NCBI GenBank assembly: GCA_963728205.1
Contig: CAVSIV010000001.1
Coordinates: forward strand, 672,001 to 736,000
DNA from: an uncultured Chloroflexia bacterium
Lineage (GTDB): Bacteria; Chloroflexota; Dehalococcoidia; UBA2979
DNA length: 64,000 nucleotides
Reading direction: 5' to 3'
Shown: positions 10,643-20,555 of the stretch, piece by piece
How positions within the stretch are numbered: the first letter of the stretch is position 1
Layout of the letters: each line of letters starts with the position of its first letter
Made by a program: the position numbers and the translations under genes
Notes under the pieces: model-generated
What the model was told of the DNA's origin: nothing
What the model saw: the letters and a program-made list of their open reading frames with translations, nothing else
Database searches by the model: none

Positions 10643-10745
10643 GGCGGGATCGTAGCAGCGCGCGCCCCGGCTGGCTGCCGATCGCGTGCGGCGCTCGGGT
10701 GGGGTGGTCGGGCGCCGCCGGGATGCGCGCGGCGAGAGGCGGGAG

Positions 10746-11312
10746 ATGGACGCGGGTCGAACGACACGCTGGGCGACGGCGGCGAGCGCGCTGCTCGCGC
10801 TGGCGGTCGCCACACTGGGCGCCGTCGTGATCCGTCGCGGCGACACCGGCGGGCTCGACCCCTGGCGCACGGTCATCGTCGCGTGGGCCGTCGCGCCGTT
10901 CGCGCTGCCGTGCTGGGTCGCACACCGGCCGGCGCGAGCGGCGGACCGGCTCCCGGCATTGTGGTTTGCGGTGCCGATCGGCGCCGTGGCGTCGGTGTTC
11001 AGCTACCTCGCGCTGCTGCCTTCGCTGCTGCTCCTGCTCGCCGCCGCGGTGCGCGCTTCGCGCGGCGTCTTCGGCGCCGAGGGAGCCGGCGGCGCCGCGA
11101 CGGGCGGCGCGCTGCTGTTCGCGGGCGGATGGATCGCGGGATTCCGCGCGCTCTTCGCCTCGGCCGACGCGCGCTGCGGCGGCATCCCCGGCGGGTCGAC
11201 CTGCACCAGCGACGTCGTGACGGCGCCGGAGGCGGTGATCGCGCTGGCGCTCCTGGCGACGGGCGTCGTGCTCGCGGCGTGGCTCGCCGGACGCCGCGTG
11301 CGGTCCGCGTGA
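10746..11312 (+). CDS. Hypothetical membrane protein
   Basis: About 5-6 hydrophobic segments; GGGAG just before the ATG. Confidence 0.55.
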   Translation: MDAGRTTRWATAASALLALAVATLGAVVIRRGDTGGLDPWRTVIVAWAVAPFALPCWVAHRPARAADRLPALWFAVPIGAVASVFSYLALLPSLLLLLAAAVRASRGVFGAEGAGGAATGGALLFAGGWIAGFRALFASADARCGGIPGGSTCTSDVVTAPEAVIALALLATGVVLAAWLAGRRVRSA

Positions 11313-11382
11313 TGCGGCGCGGGGCAGGCGGAGTCGCTGGCACGGGGTTCTCGCGCAAGCAGGCTGCGCGCGCGTCCGGAAC

Positions 11383-13132
11383 CTACAGCGCGTCGTGCAG
11401 CGCTTCGCCGCGGTGCAGCCGCGCGGCGATGTCGAACGTCTGGCCGACGGCACGCACCGTCGGCGCGTGCGCCGTGAGGAAGCGCGCGGCGCCGATCAGC
11501 ACGTGGTCGCCCTCGGGCCGCCCGCGGAAGTGCCCGAACTGCCGCACCGCCGCCTCGTAGATCTGGAACATGTGGAAGCCGGCGTCCTCGCGCAGCAGCG
11601 CGTGGCCGAGCGTGCCCACCACCGCGTCGTGGCGCCCCGCCGCGAGCATCGACGCGACGAGTGCGGCCGTCTCGTCGACCCGTTGCTGCCGGTCGAAGCG
11701 CGCGAGCACGTCGTCCCGCGACGCGATCGTCCCGGCCCCGCCGGCGGCGGGGATCGGCTGCTTCGGCACGTTGAGGAAGCGCTCGAGGTAGACGGACATC
11801 GCGCCGTCGAAGATGCCGCGCGCGAGGTCGCGCGACGGCGCGCGGCGCATCGCCTGGTCGACGGCGTTCGTGTACGTGAACGTGTGGTGCACGGTGTCCC
11901 AGTCGCCGAACTCGTTCGACACGTGGAAGTGCACCGGCCGGCGCGCCGCCGCGTAGGCGACCGCCGCGGCGAGCTCCACGAGCGGCGCGCCGGCGCGCAC
12001 GGCGTCGAGCATCGCTGTCAGCGACGTCTGCGGCTCGTCGTCGAGGATCGACTCCGCCACGGCGCGGTGGTCGTCCCAGCCCTCGTCGCGCTCGCCGCCC
12101 TCCGCGAGCGCCTCGTCGAGCAGCCCGTACGTGTCCTCGCAGCAGGGCCGGCAGGTCGACCGGGTGCTGCCACGCCGACGTCTCCTCCATGCGCGTCGCG
12201 CGCACGAGCGGGCCGATTAGTGCCGGGAGGATTGCCTCGGCGTGGTCCCAGCCGATGAGGTCGAGCAGCTCGAAGGCCTTGTTCGCGAAGTCGAGCGCGT
12301 GGCCCTCGTCGAGGAAGCGGTGGTCGGTGCACGCGGCGAAGATCATGTCGGCAAGCTGGGGCGGCGGGAGGCCGATGCGGATCGCCGTGCGCAGGCAGCG
12401 CTCGGCCGGCTCCGCCGAGCGGGTCTCGATGAAGCGCCGGAACCACTGGCGGTAGACCTCCGGCCGGCGCTCGGTCGTCGCGAGCGGCTCGAGGTCGAAA
12501 TCGGGCGGCTCGCCCTCGGTGTCGGCCGCCACGTGCGTGAGTGCCTGGTAGAGCGCCCGCGGGCGGTCTCCCGGGTCGAGCACCGGCAGCACGTTGCCCA
12601 TGGCGGTGAGGATCGACATCCCGGCGCTCCAGCCGGCGGCGCGGTTGGCGGCGCCGAACAGCGCGGCGCGCTCGAGCAGCGGCGCGGTCTCGCCCAGCTC
12701 GTGCAGCCCGATCACGGACTTCGCCAGCACGAGCCGGATGTTCTGCTCGAGCCCCTCCTGCAGCTTGCCCACCCAGTGCGCGCGCCGGTCGCCCTCGGCC
12801 GGCGTCGGGTCGAGCCACACGTCGCCGTCGCGCACCTCGGCGTGGAAGGTGGGGACGTCGTCGGCGAAGGGATCGAAGGTGCAGCCGCCGGCGAGATCGA
12901 AGCGCGCGTGGTGCCAGTGGCAGGTGAGGATGCCGTCGCGCACCGTGCCGCGGCTGAGCGGGAAGCCCATGTGCGGGCAGCGGTTGTCGAGCGCGTGCAC
13001 GCGGCCCTCGTGGACGAAGAGCACGACCGGCCGGTCGCCGGCGGACACGACCTTCGGCTGATCGCGCTCGAGCTCGGCGAGCGAGCAGACGCGGGTCGCG
13101 GTCGGGCGGTCGGTGCGGTGGGTCGTGGTCAT
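11383..13132 (-). CDS. Rieske 2Fe-2S domain protein with long helical C-terminal region (frameshift near 12140)
   Basis: DNRCPHMGFPL ... LTCHWHHARFD; C-terminal part continues in ORF 11383-12060. Confidence 0.8.
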
Positions 13133-13167
13133 CGGGCGGCTCCGTTCGCGCGGTGGGCGTGGCGACG

Positions 13168-13198
13168 ACCCTACGACTTCGAGCGTGCTCGAAGTCAA
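13168..13198 (-). promoter_or_regulatory. MerR-type promoter: TTGACT-N19-TAGGGT with internal dyad
   Basis: Perfect dyad GACTTCGAGC-GT-GCTCGAAGTC (13175-13196) overlapping the -35 and a 19-bp spacer, about 35 nt upstream of the Rieske gene. Confidence 0.75.
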
Positions 13199-13288
13199 GG
13201 CGACGGGTGCGGCTGACGCGGCGTGCATCGAGCGGCGCCTTGACCAGGTGCCGCTCGAACCGGGCTGGTCGCTGGTAGTGTGGCGCGC

Positions 13289-13582
13289 ATGACCGAACCC
13301 GAGCGGCTCTTCACCCTCGACGAGGCGCGCGCGTTGCTGGGGGGCGTGCGTGACCTCGCACCCGACGGGCTCCGCCAGCCGCTGAGCCGCGCTGACGTCG
13401 CGGCGGTCCTCAGCGCCGGCATCGAGATCAAGGGCGTTGACCCGCTGCTGCTCGACTTCCCGGCCGAGGTCGCGGGCGTGCCGGCGTACTGGTGCTGGCG
13501 CGAGGGCGAGGACGGCATCGACTGGTGGCACCCGCGCGACACCGGCTTTGCCGGGCGCCGCCGCGTCGACGACCTCGACTAG
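13289..13582 (+). CDS. DUF2203-like protein
   Basis: FTLDEARALL, GIEIKG..LLDFP, YWCWREGE..I.WWH...GFAGRR. Confidence 0.75.
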   Translation: MTEPERLFTLDEARALLGGVRDLAPDGLRQPLSRADVAAVLSAGIEIKGVDPLLLDFPAEVAGVPAYWCWREGEDGIDWWHPRDTGFAGRRRVDDLD

Positions 13583-13586
13583 GCGC

Positions 13587-14390
13587 TCAGGCCCGGCGCG
13601 ACCAGCGCGTCTGGGGCGGCTCCTCGCGTTCGCCGTCGACGTAGATCGCGTCGACGCGCTCGTTGTAGAAGCAGATCAGCCCCGCGATCTTCGGGCACTC
13701 CGGCACCGGGAACGGATGGGACCAGGCCACGTCCTCGCGGACCTCGCCGCCGGCGCGCACGCTCCAGTAGCGCGCCACGCCCTTGTACGGGCACTGCGTC
13801 TGCGTGTCGGTTGGCTCCAGCAGGTCGAGCCGCACGTCCTCGGGCGAGAGGTAGTAGCGCGTCGGCAGGCCCGTCTCGAAGAGCAGCCACGGGCGATGCG
13901 ACTCCGCGACCGTGACGCCGCCGATCTCCACGCGCACGTGGCGCGACGAGCGCAACACGTCCACGCGCTTGTACGGGTCGCGGGGGTGGACGAGGACCTC
14001 CTCGTCCTCCTCGAACCACTGGTCCATGCGGTTCCAGTAGAACGCGACGTAGCCGGCGAGCGATGCCTGCTCTTCGTGCGGCTGCGGGTACGACCACACC
14101 GCGTTCTCTTCGACGCGGTCGCCGACCCGGAGCGTCCAGTACGACGCCTCGCCCTTCCACGGGCAGGTCGTGTGGTGATCGGTCGACTCGAGCAGGTCCA
14201 TGCGCACATCGTCGAGCGGCAGGTAGTAGACGGGCACATGCCCGATCTCGTGCAGCAGCAGCGCGCCGCGCGTGTCGGCGATCCACTCGCCGCCGAAGCG
14301 CACGCGCACGCGGCGCGGGCAGGGCTCGACGAGCACGTGCGGCTCGCCGCTCTGCTCGCGGGCGATCACGCGGACGGAGCTGACTTCCAT
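13587..14390 (-). CDS. Tandem DUF427 domain protein
   Basis: Two repeats carrying TCPWKGEASYW and TQCPYKGVARYW; HPRDPYKRVD linker. Confidence 0.9.
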   Translation of the reverse strand: MEVSSVRVIAREQSGEPHVLVEPCPRRVRVRFGGEWIADTRGALLLHEIGHVPVYYLPLDDVRMDLLESTDHHTTCPWKGEASYWTLRVGDRVEENAVWSYPQPHEEQASLAGYVAFYWNRMDQWFEEDEEVLVHPRDPYKRVDVLRSSRHVRVEIGGVTVAESHRPWLLFETGLPTRYYLSPEDVRLDLLEPTDTQTQCPYKGVARYWSVRAGGEVREDVAWSHPFPVPECPKIAGLICFYNERVDAIYVDGEREEPPQTRWSRRA

Positions 14391-14538
14391 GAGCGGCCTC
14401 CGATCGGCGGGTGCGCGACGAGGGTACGACCGCGCGTCGTACCCTCCTCGACCGGCCGCAATGGACCGGCGTTCCTCGATATACTCGACGGGAGCGAGAG
14501 ATTCGGCGCCGTCGGGGCGTCGCGGGAGGTTCGACTTC

Positions 14539-14844
14539 GTGCGGATCGTCGCCAAGCTGCTCGAGGACTTCAACAGCGACTGGCACTGGGTGGACCTGCA
14601 TGACGCGGAGCTGGTCGACCCCGCCGATCGCGTCTATCAGATCAGCGGCGCGGACACCGTCTGCGGCATCCGTTTGAGCGGGCCGAACACGACGCGCCTG
14701 CACGACACGGGTGCGCCGCCCGAGCCGGACTGCCCTGCCTGCCTCGAGGGCGGCGGGCTTGACCCGTCCGAGATGGTGCGCCTGGCGCAGGAGCTGACCG
14801 AGGCGGTGGCCGTTCCGGTGCGCCCGCTCCGGCAGGCACGCTAG
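14539..14844 (+). CDS. Hypothetical protein with H..CG..CxxC putative zinc motif
   Basis: GGGAGG RBS then GTG; DWHWV, TVCG, DCPAC. Confidence 0.55.
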   Translation: MRIVAKLLEDFNSDWHWVDLHDAELVDPADRVYQISGADTVCGIRLSGPNTTRLHDTGAPPEPDCPACLEGGGLDPSEMVRLAQELTEAVAVPVRPLRQAR

Positions 14845-14888
14845 CGCGCCTCGGCGCCCGCCGCGGGGCAGCGCCTGAGGAGCGATCG

Positions 14889-15227
14889 ATGGCACGACTC
14901 GTGGTCTACGGTCGCTCGGGCTACTGCCCCGACATGGCGCGCTGGCGGCGCTGGCTCGCCGACTACGCCGTGGACTTCGTCGAGTTCGACATCGACACCG
15001 ATCCGGACGCTTACGACCGCATGATCCGCTGGACCGGCCACGAGTCGGTGCCGACGCTCGTGATCGCCCCGGACGACGACGTGGAGCCGGTCGCCGCGCC
15101 TGCACCGCTTCCAGCCGGCCGCGGCCCGCGAGGCATCGACCGTGGGACGATGCTCACCGAGCCGGCCGCCGGCCAGGTCTCGGCATTCCTCGAGCGCAAC
15201 GCGATTCCCTTCGCGGCGCGCGCATGA
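14889..15227 (+). CDS. Glutaredoxin-like (monothiol CPDM) protein
   Basis: VYGRSGYCPDM, EFDIDTD, TGHESVPTLV; GAGGAG RBS. Confidence 0.8.
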   Translation: MARLVVYGRSGYCPDMARWRRWLADYAVDFVEFDIDTDPDAYDRMIRWTGHESVPTLVIAPDDDVEPVAAPAPLPAGRGPRGIDRGTMLTEPAAGQVSAFLERNAIPFAARA

Positions 15228-15324
15228 GCCACCTCGCGCTCCGCAGCGGCGCCGCTGAGGGCGGTCGCCCGGGCGACCGCCCGGTTCACGTCGGCTGCCG
15301 CGTCGCGCCCGCGGCCCGCGACTC

Positions 15325-16266
15325 CTAGCGCGAGCCGCGCAGGCGCGGGTCGAGCACGTCGCGCACCGCGTCGCCGAACATGTTGGTCGCGAAGACGACA
15401 AGGGTGATCGCGACGCCCGGCAGCATCGCCAGGCGCGGGTTCGTCTTGAAGTAGGCGTTGCCCGTCGCCGACAGCATCGCGCCCCACGACGGCGTCGGCG
15501 GCTGAGCGCCGATGCCGAGGAACGAGAGCGACGCCTCGATGATGATCGCCACGCCGAGGACGTAGGTCGCGAGCACGATCATCGGCGCGATCACGTTGGG
15601 CAGGATGTGGCGGAACATGATGCGTCGGTCCGTGCAGCCGATGCAGCGTGCGGCCTCGACCCACATGTTGTGCTTGGCGGCGAGCGCCGATCCGCGAATG
15701 ACGCGCGCGGGCCGGGGGATCGACAGGAACGCGACGACCCAGAAGCCCTGCCAGATGCCCGGGCCGATGATCGAGACGATCGCGATCGCCAGCACGAGGA
15801 ACGGCACGACCTGGATGGAGTCGACGACGCGCTGGATCACCAGGTCGGTCTTCCCGCCCACGTACGCGGAGAAGAGCCCGACGACGCTGCCCAGCGGGAT
15901 CGAGATGAACGCGACGCCGAGCGCGAAGAAGACGGAGATCTGCGTGCCCTTGAGCAGGCGGCTGAGCATGTCGCGGCCGAGGTTGTCCGTGCCGAGCACG
16001 TAGAAGTGCGTGCCGTCGCGCGATGTCGTCCACATCCCGAGCAGGCGGTCCGCGCCGCGGAACTTCTCGGGGTCATAGGGCAGGATGAGCCCGGTGTACG
16101 CGCCCACCGCGATGACGAGCGCGAGTACGGAAAGGACCCCGCAGATCGCGCCGAGCGGCCGCTGCCTGGCGAATTTCCAGGTGCTTCGGCGGTAGCGCGT
16201 GAGCGCGCCCGGCCCCTGTAGCGACTGGACGCCGACGCCCCCAATCGCGGTTTCTCGCGTTGCCAT
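15325..16266 (-). CDS. Peptide/nickel ABC transporter permease (DppC/OppC type)
   Basis: LGTDNLGRDMLSR, VEAAR..G.....IMFRHILPN, EASLSFLG..PSWG. Confidence 0.92.
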   Translation of the reverse strand: MATRETAIGGVGVQSLQGPGALTRYRRSTWKFARQRPLGAICGVLSVLALVIAVGAYTGLILPYDPEKFRGADRLLGMWTTSRDGTHFYVLGTDNLGRDMLSRLLKGTQISVFFALGVAFISIPLGSVVGLFSAYVGGKTDLVIQRVVDSIQVVPFLVLAIAIVSIIGPGIWQGFWVVAFLSIPRPARVIRGSALAAKHNMWVEAARCIGCTDRRIMFRHILPNVIAPMIVLATYVLGVAIIIEASLSFLGIGAQPPTPSWGAMLSATGNAYFKTNPRLAMLPGVAITLVVFATNMFGDAVRDVLDPRLRGSR

Positions 16267-16289
16267 GACGTCACCCCCTCAGGGAGTCG

Positions 16290-17240
16290 CTACGCGTAAC
16301 GGATGCGCGGGTCGAGCCATGAGTAGCTGAGATCCACGAGCAGGTTCGCGAGCAGCGTGACCGTCACGAGGATGAGCAGGATCCCCTGCACCAGCGGGTA
16401 GTCGCGCTGCAGCACCGCGTTGATGTAGGTGTTTCCGACGCCGTTGATGCTGAAGACCTGCTCGACGATCACCGAGCCGCCGATCACCTGTGCGATCTGG
16501 AAGCCCAGCAGCGTGATCACGGGGATCAGCGCGTTCCGGAACGCGTGCTTGAAGATCACGGAGCGTTCGTTGAGGCCCTTCGCACGTGCCGTGCGCACGT
16601 AGTCCTCGCGCTGCGTCTCGAGCATCGTCGTGCGGATCATGCGCATGTTCTGCGCCGAGAGCGCCGCGCCCAGCACAAAGGCGGCCGGGAGGAACTGCTG
16701 GAGGTTCCCCCACGGGTTCTGCCACAGCGGTTGGTAGCTCTGCGGCGGGAACCAGCCGAACCACTGCGCCGCGTAGATGATGATCATCGTGGCCAGGAAG
16801 AAGTTCGGGATCGAGATGCCCATGATCGAGATGCTGCGCCCCAGGTAGTCGATCCACGTGTCCTGGTACACGGCCGACGACACCCCGACCGGGATCGCGA
16901 TCAGCAATCCGACCACGATGGCGATGGCGCCGAGCTCGAAGCTGATGGGCGCGGCGTGCTGCACGACCTTGAGCACGGGCTGGTTCAACCAGAACGATGT
17001 GCCCCAGTCGCCGTGCGTGATGCCGCCGATCCAGCGGAAGTACTGGACGGGCGCCGGCACGTCGAGTCCGAGCTCGTGCCGGAAGAGCTGCTCGGTCTGC
17101 TTGTCGACGCCGCGCGCCTCCGCCATCTGCGCGACGACGTAGTCGCCGGGCATGATGCGCAGCAGGCCGAACGTCAGGATCGTGATCACCACGATCGTCG
17201 GGATCATCAGGATCAGGCGGCGAATGATGTAGCGCTGCAT
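16290..17240 (-). CDS. Peptide/nickel ABC transporter permease (DppB/OppB type)
   Basis: YIIRRL, SIPNFFLA, EDYVRTARAKGL, HAFRNALIP, RDYPLVQG, DPRIR. Confidence 0.92.
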   Translation of the reverse strand: MQRYIIRRLILMIPTIVVITILTFGLLRIMPGDYVVAQMAEARGVDKQTEQLFRHELGLDVPAPVQYFRWIGGITHGDWGTSFWLNQPVLKVVQHAAPISFELGAIAIVVGLLIAIPVGVSSAVYQDTWIDYLGRSISIMGISIPNFFLATMIIIYAAQWFGWFPPQSYQPLWQNPWGNLQQFLPAAFVLGAALSAQNMRMIRTTMLETQREDYVRTARAKGLNERSVIFKHAFRNALIPVITLLGFQIAQVIGGSVIVEQVFSINGVGNTYINAVLQRDYPLVQGILLILVTVTLLANLLVDLSYSWLDPRIRYA

Positions 17241-17384
17241 CGGCTGCTCCGCTTCGGCCCGGCCCGGGCGAATCTAGATGAGGCACCGGCAGGATGGCGT
17301 ACGTGTGAACGGGCTCTCGGTGCGCGGAACGATAGTCAACCCGAAACACGCATGTAAAGGGCCCCCGCGTCCCCGAGGCATGGG

Positions 17385-18215
17385 CTACGGGTCCTCGGAC
17401 TCCGCGCGCGGGGGACCGGAGACCTCGCCGGCCCCGCGCCGCTCCTTCTGCAGGTCGCGGTAGTGGTACGTGTAGAGGGCGCCGAAATTCGTGACGCGTT
17501 CCTTTTCGGAGCGCGCCTCCCAGTACGTGCGCTGGCTCTCGCGGAACCGTTCGACGTCCGCGGCCCCGCCGGGAGCGAGCTCCACGTCTTCGCGCGGCAC
17601 GAAGAGCACCTGGCCGATCGGTGCGGCGCCAGTCGCGCTCAGCACATCGCCCGGCTGGAGCACGTAGCGGAACTCCGTGTTCTGCGCGTACCAGTCCGTC
17701 TCGACGCGCACGGTGAGCGACGGGACGTGCGGTCGCTGCTGCTCGTTGAGCACGCCCATGTAGACCGTGTCCCACCCCTCGGGCGTCACGAAGTCATGCG
17801 CGCCGCGCAGCCCGACGCCGCCGGGCGGCGTGTGGACGTTCGTCGTGAGCGCGTCCACGAGCGCGAGGACCGCCGCGTCATCGAGCTTGGTCGCGGGATC
17901 GATGTAGCGAACGTCCTGCGCTTCGACGCCGCCGCTTCCTGCGGACGGCTGGATGTCGGCGACGAACGCGCGGTGCGACATTCCGCCCGCGTCCTGCACG
18001 AAGAAGGTGAGCCGGTACACGGTCTGCTCGAGGTACCGGATCTGCAGCGACTCGCGCGCGTCGAGGGGCGGATAGACGAGGAAGCCGGAGCGGCTCGCGT
18101 CCTCCAGGACGGGGCAGAAGCGCGCCTGCTGCGGCAGCCACGCACGACGGTTCTCCGGCGCCGGCACCTTGCCGATGCCCGGTCGCCGCTGGCTGTCGAG
18201 GATGGTCACGCGCAT
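17385..18215 (-). CDS. Hypothetical protein (possibly DUF6065-like)
   Basis: Long ORF with coding-like composition; RFCP......SGF, TPEGW, VETDW, PIGQV..VPR. Confidence 0.6.
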   Translation of the reverse strand: MRVTILDSQRRPGIGKVPAPENRRAWLPQQARFCPVLEDASRSGFLVYPPLDARESLQIRYLEQTVYRLTFFVQDAGGMSHRAFVADIQPSAGSGGVEAQDVRYIDPATKLDDAAVLALVDALTTNVHTPPGGVGLRGAHDFVTPEGWDTVYMGVLNEQQRPHVPSLTVRVETDWYAQNTEFRYVLQPGDVLSATGAAPIGQVLFVPREDVELAPGGAADVERFRESQRTYWEARSEKERVTNFGALYTYHYRDLQKERRGAGEVSGPPRAESEDP

Positions 18216-18386
18216 CGCGCACCGCCGACCGTCGTGCTCGCTGGGGCGTCACATGGTCGCGGATCCTGTCAAGGAGCGCCCGCCGGCGGCGAGCGAGCGG
18301 GACCGGGCGCAAACGGGCCGAGGCGCGCGGTGGATACGTGCGCTCCTCGGCGATGCGTCCGAGCGCGGGTTGCCCATCGCAATCGC

Positions 18387-18445
18387 TTGACGGGTGCGCC
18401 CCGTGCCGCTACATCGAATGGAATATTCCGCGTGTCATGACTCGG
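18387..18445 (+). promoter_or_regulatory. Putative sigma70 promoter (TTGACG-N17-TACATC) plus GTCATGAC dyad
   Basis: The same layout recurs upstream of the paralogous SBP gene. Confidence 0.4.
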
Positions 18446-18482
18446 ATAGCACCACACGGATAGCACCAGAGGGGACGGCAGG

Positions 18483-20357
18483 ATGGACCACTCGAGCTAC
18501 TGGAACCGGCGCCGCTTCGGCCGGCGCGCGGCCATGCGCGGTGCCGGACTGGGTGCCGCCGGCCTGGCGGGGGCCGCCTTGATCGGCTGTGGCGGGGGCA
18601 ATGGTGGGGGCGGCGACAGTGCGGGCGGCGGGGCCACCGTCCCGGCGGGCCAGCTCGTCGGCACCGCGGCCGCGGGGCAGGGCACGGCCGGGGCGAACGC
18701 CACCGCCGTCGCGAAGGACCAGGTCCGCCTCAAGCCCGGCATCTACGACGGCGCGGTTGCCGCATCGCCCGCCGAGGCGAACCCGATGGTCAACGGCAAG
18801 CGCGGCGGCACGCTGCTCATGCGCTACCTCGACCCGCCGCGCATGGACCTCAACCGCACGCTGTCGTGCACCATCTACACGACGCTCAACCACACCAACA
18901 ACAAGCTGGTCCGTGGGCGCACCGGCGCCAACGCGCCGCTCTTCAACGTGGACCTGGAGCCCGACCTCGCCGAGTCGTGGGAGGTCGTCGACAACGGCGC
19001 CCAGTTCAACTTCAAGCTGCGCAAGGGCGTGAAGACGCACAACGTCGCCCCGCTCAACGGCCGCGAGTTCACGTCCGAGGACGTGCTGGCGGGCTACGGC
19101 ATGTACCAGAAGGGCGGCAGTCAGAAGGACGTCTTCTCTCCCGTCGACTCGATGACGGCACCGGATCCGTACACCGTCGTCTTCAAGCTCAAGGAGCCGA
19201 TGTCCGACTTCCCCGCAACGATCGCGTCGTGGGCCTTCGTCTACATGAAGGAGTTCGTGGACGACGATGACCTGCGGCAGAAGCAGGCCGCCGGCACAGG
19301 GCCGTTCATCCAGAAGGAGTGGACGCGCAAGGAGCGCTCGGTCTTCGAGCGACACCCGGACTACTTCGAGAAGGGGCTGCCCTTCGTCGACGGCGTCATC
19401 ACCACGGCGCAGGACGACCTGAACACGCTGCGCGCCAGCTACCAGACCGACCACCTCTTCGAGTGGACCGCGCGCGACGACGCCGACCTGCAGGACATGC
19501 TCAAGTCCCGCGGCGACACCATGGTCGCGACGAAGTTCCCGATCGCGCGCGGCGCGAACGTCAACGGCTTCCAGTTCCAGATGAAGAACAAGACCTTCCA
19601 GGACGAGCGCGTCCGCCACGCCCTGTCGCTCGCGTTCGACCGCAACGGATACGACCAGGCGCAGAACGCCGGCGACAACTCGAACCCTGAAGGTCCGTAT
19701 TCGAACTCGCCCATGCCGTGGCCGTACCTCTTCGACGCCTACCCGACCGCCAAGGCGAACGGCCAGTGGTACCAGTACGACCCGGACCAGGCATCGAAGC
19801 TGATGCAGGCGGCCGGCTACACGAAGGACAAGCCGCTCAGCTTCACGCTCAAGTCGTACTACAACGCCACGCCCATGTCGGAAGTCATGGTGCCGGGCAT
19901 CAACCAGAGCCTTCCCGAGGTCAAGATCACGTTCCTGAAGGTCGACAACCCGACCCACGTGACGCTGATGTCGGACCGGAACTTCGAGGAGGCGGTCGGC
20001 TTCCTGTGGGGGCCGCCCGCATACCCGATGGACCAGTGGATCTACCCCTTCTACCACTCCACGGGGAGCACCAACTACGGAAGCATCAACGACTCGACGC
20101 TGGACGGTCTGCTCGTGAAGCAGCGCCAGGCGACCGACGCGGCGGCGAAGAAGGAGGTCTGGCAGCAGATCTACGCGCGCATCCACGACCAGGTCTACCA
20201 GGCGTGGTTCCCGGAGCCGCGCATTCGCGTCGCGTGGCAGAACTACATGCTGAACTACCGCTACCACGCGTTCATGGGCAGCTACACCTGCTACGCGGCC
20301 GACCAGTCCCGAGCGATCTGGCTCGACGACGGTGCACCGGGCGTGAACCGAACCTAG
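18483..20357 (+). CDS. ABC transporter family 5 substrate-binding lipoprotein (Tat)
   Basis: RRAAMRG twin-arginine leader, LIGC lipobox, EPDLAESWE, GTGPF, DERVRHALS. Confidence 0.9.
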   Translation: MDHSSYWNRRRFGRRAAMRGAGLGAAGLAGAALIGCGGGNGGGGDSAGGGATVPAGQLVGTAAAGQGTAGANATAVAKDQVRLKPGIYDGAVAASPAEANPMVNGKRGGTLLMRYLDPPRMDLNRTLSCTIYTTLNHTNNKLVRGRTGANAPLFNVDLEPDLAESWEVVDNGAQFNFKLRKGVKTHNVAPLNGREFTSEDVLAGYGMYQKGGSQKDVFSPVDSMTAPDPYTVVFKLKEPMSDFPATIASWAFVYMKEFVDDDDLRQKQAAGTGPFIQKEWTRKERSVFERHPDYFEKGLPFVDGVITTAQDDLNTLRASYQTDHLFEWTARDDADLQDMLKSRGDTMVATKFPIARGANVNGFQFQMKNKTFQDERVRHALSLAFDRNGYDQAQNAGDNSNPEGPYSNSPMPWPYLFDAYPTAKANGQWYQYDPDQASKLMQAAGYTKDKPLSFTLKSYYNATPMSEVMVPGINQSLPEVKITFLKVDNPTHVTLMSDRNFEEAVGFLWGPPAYPMDQWIYPFYHSTGSTNYGSINDSTLDGLLVKQRQATDAAAKKEVWQQIYARIHDQVYQAWFPEPRIRVAWQNYMLNYRYHAFMGSYTCYAADQSRAIWLDDGAPGVNRT

Positions 20358-20393
20358 CGAGGTCGCGCCGCAACAGCCGGCGCGACGATAACG

Positions 20394-20427
20394 GCGGGGC
20401 CCGGCGCGCAGCGCCGGGCCCCGCTTC
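20394..20427 (+). terminator. Putative intrinsic terminator hairpin
   Basis: GCGGGGCCCGGCGC-GCA-GCGCCGGGCCCCGC followed by TTC. Confidence 0.5.
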
Positions 20428-20466
20428 GTATCTCGCGATGCCACGGCTCAACGAGCCGGGCAATAC

Positions 20467-20525
20467 TTGACAGCGCATATCACGAGCGTGTACATCGCTG
20501 CGATATCGCGACTGTCATGACACGA
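20467..20525 (+). promoter_or_regulatory. Putative sigma70 promoter (TTGACA-N18-TACATC) plus TGTCATGACA dyad
   Basis: Consensus -35; downstream dyad shared with 18387-18445. Confidence 0.45.
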
Positions 20526-20555
20526 GGCGGTGCGAAGCAGAGGGGACAGCAACTG

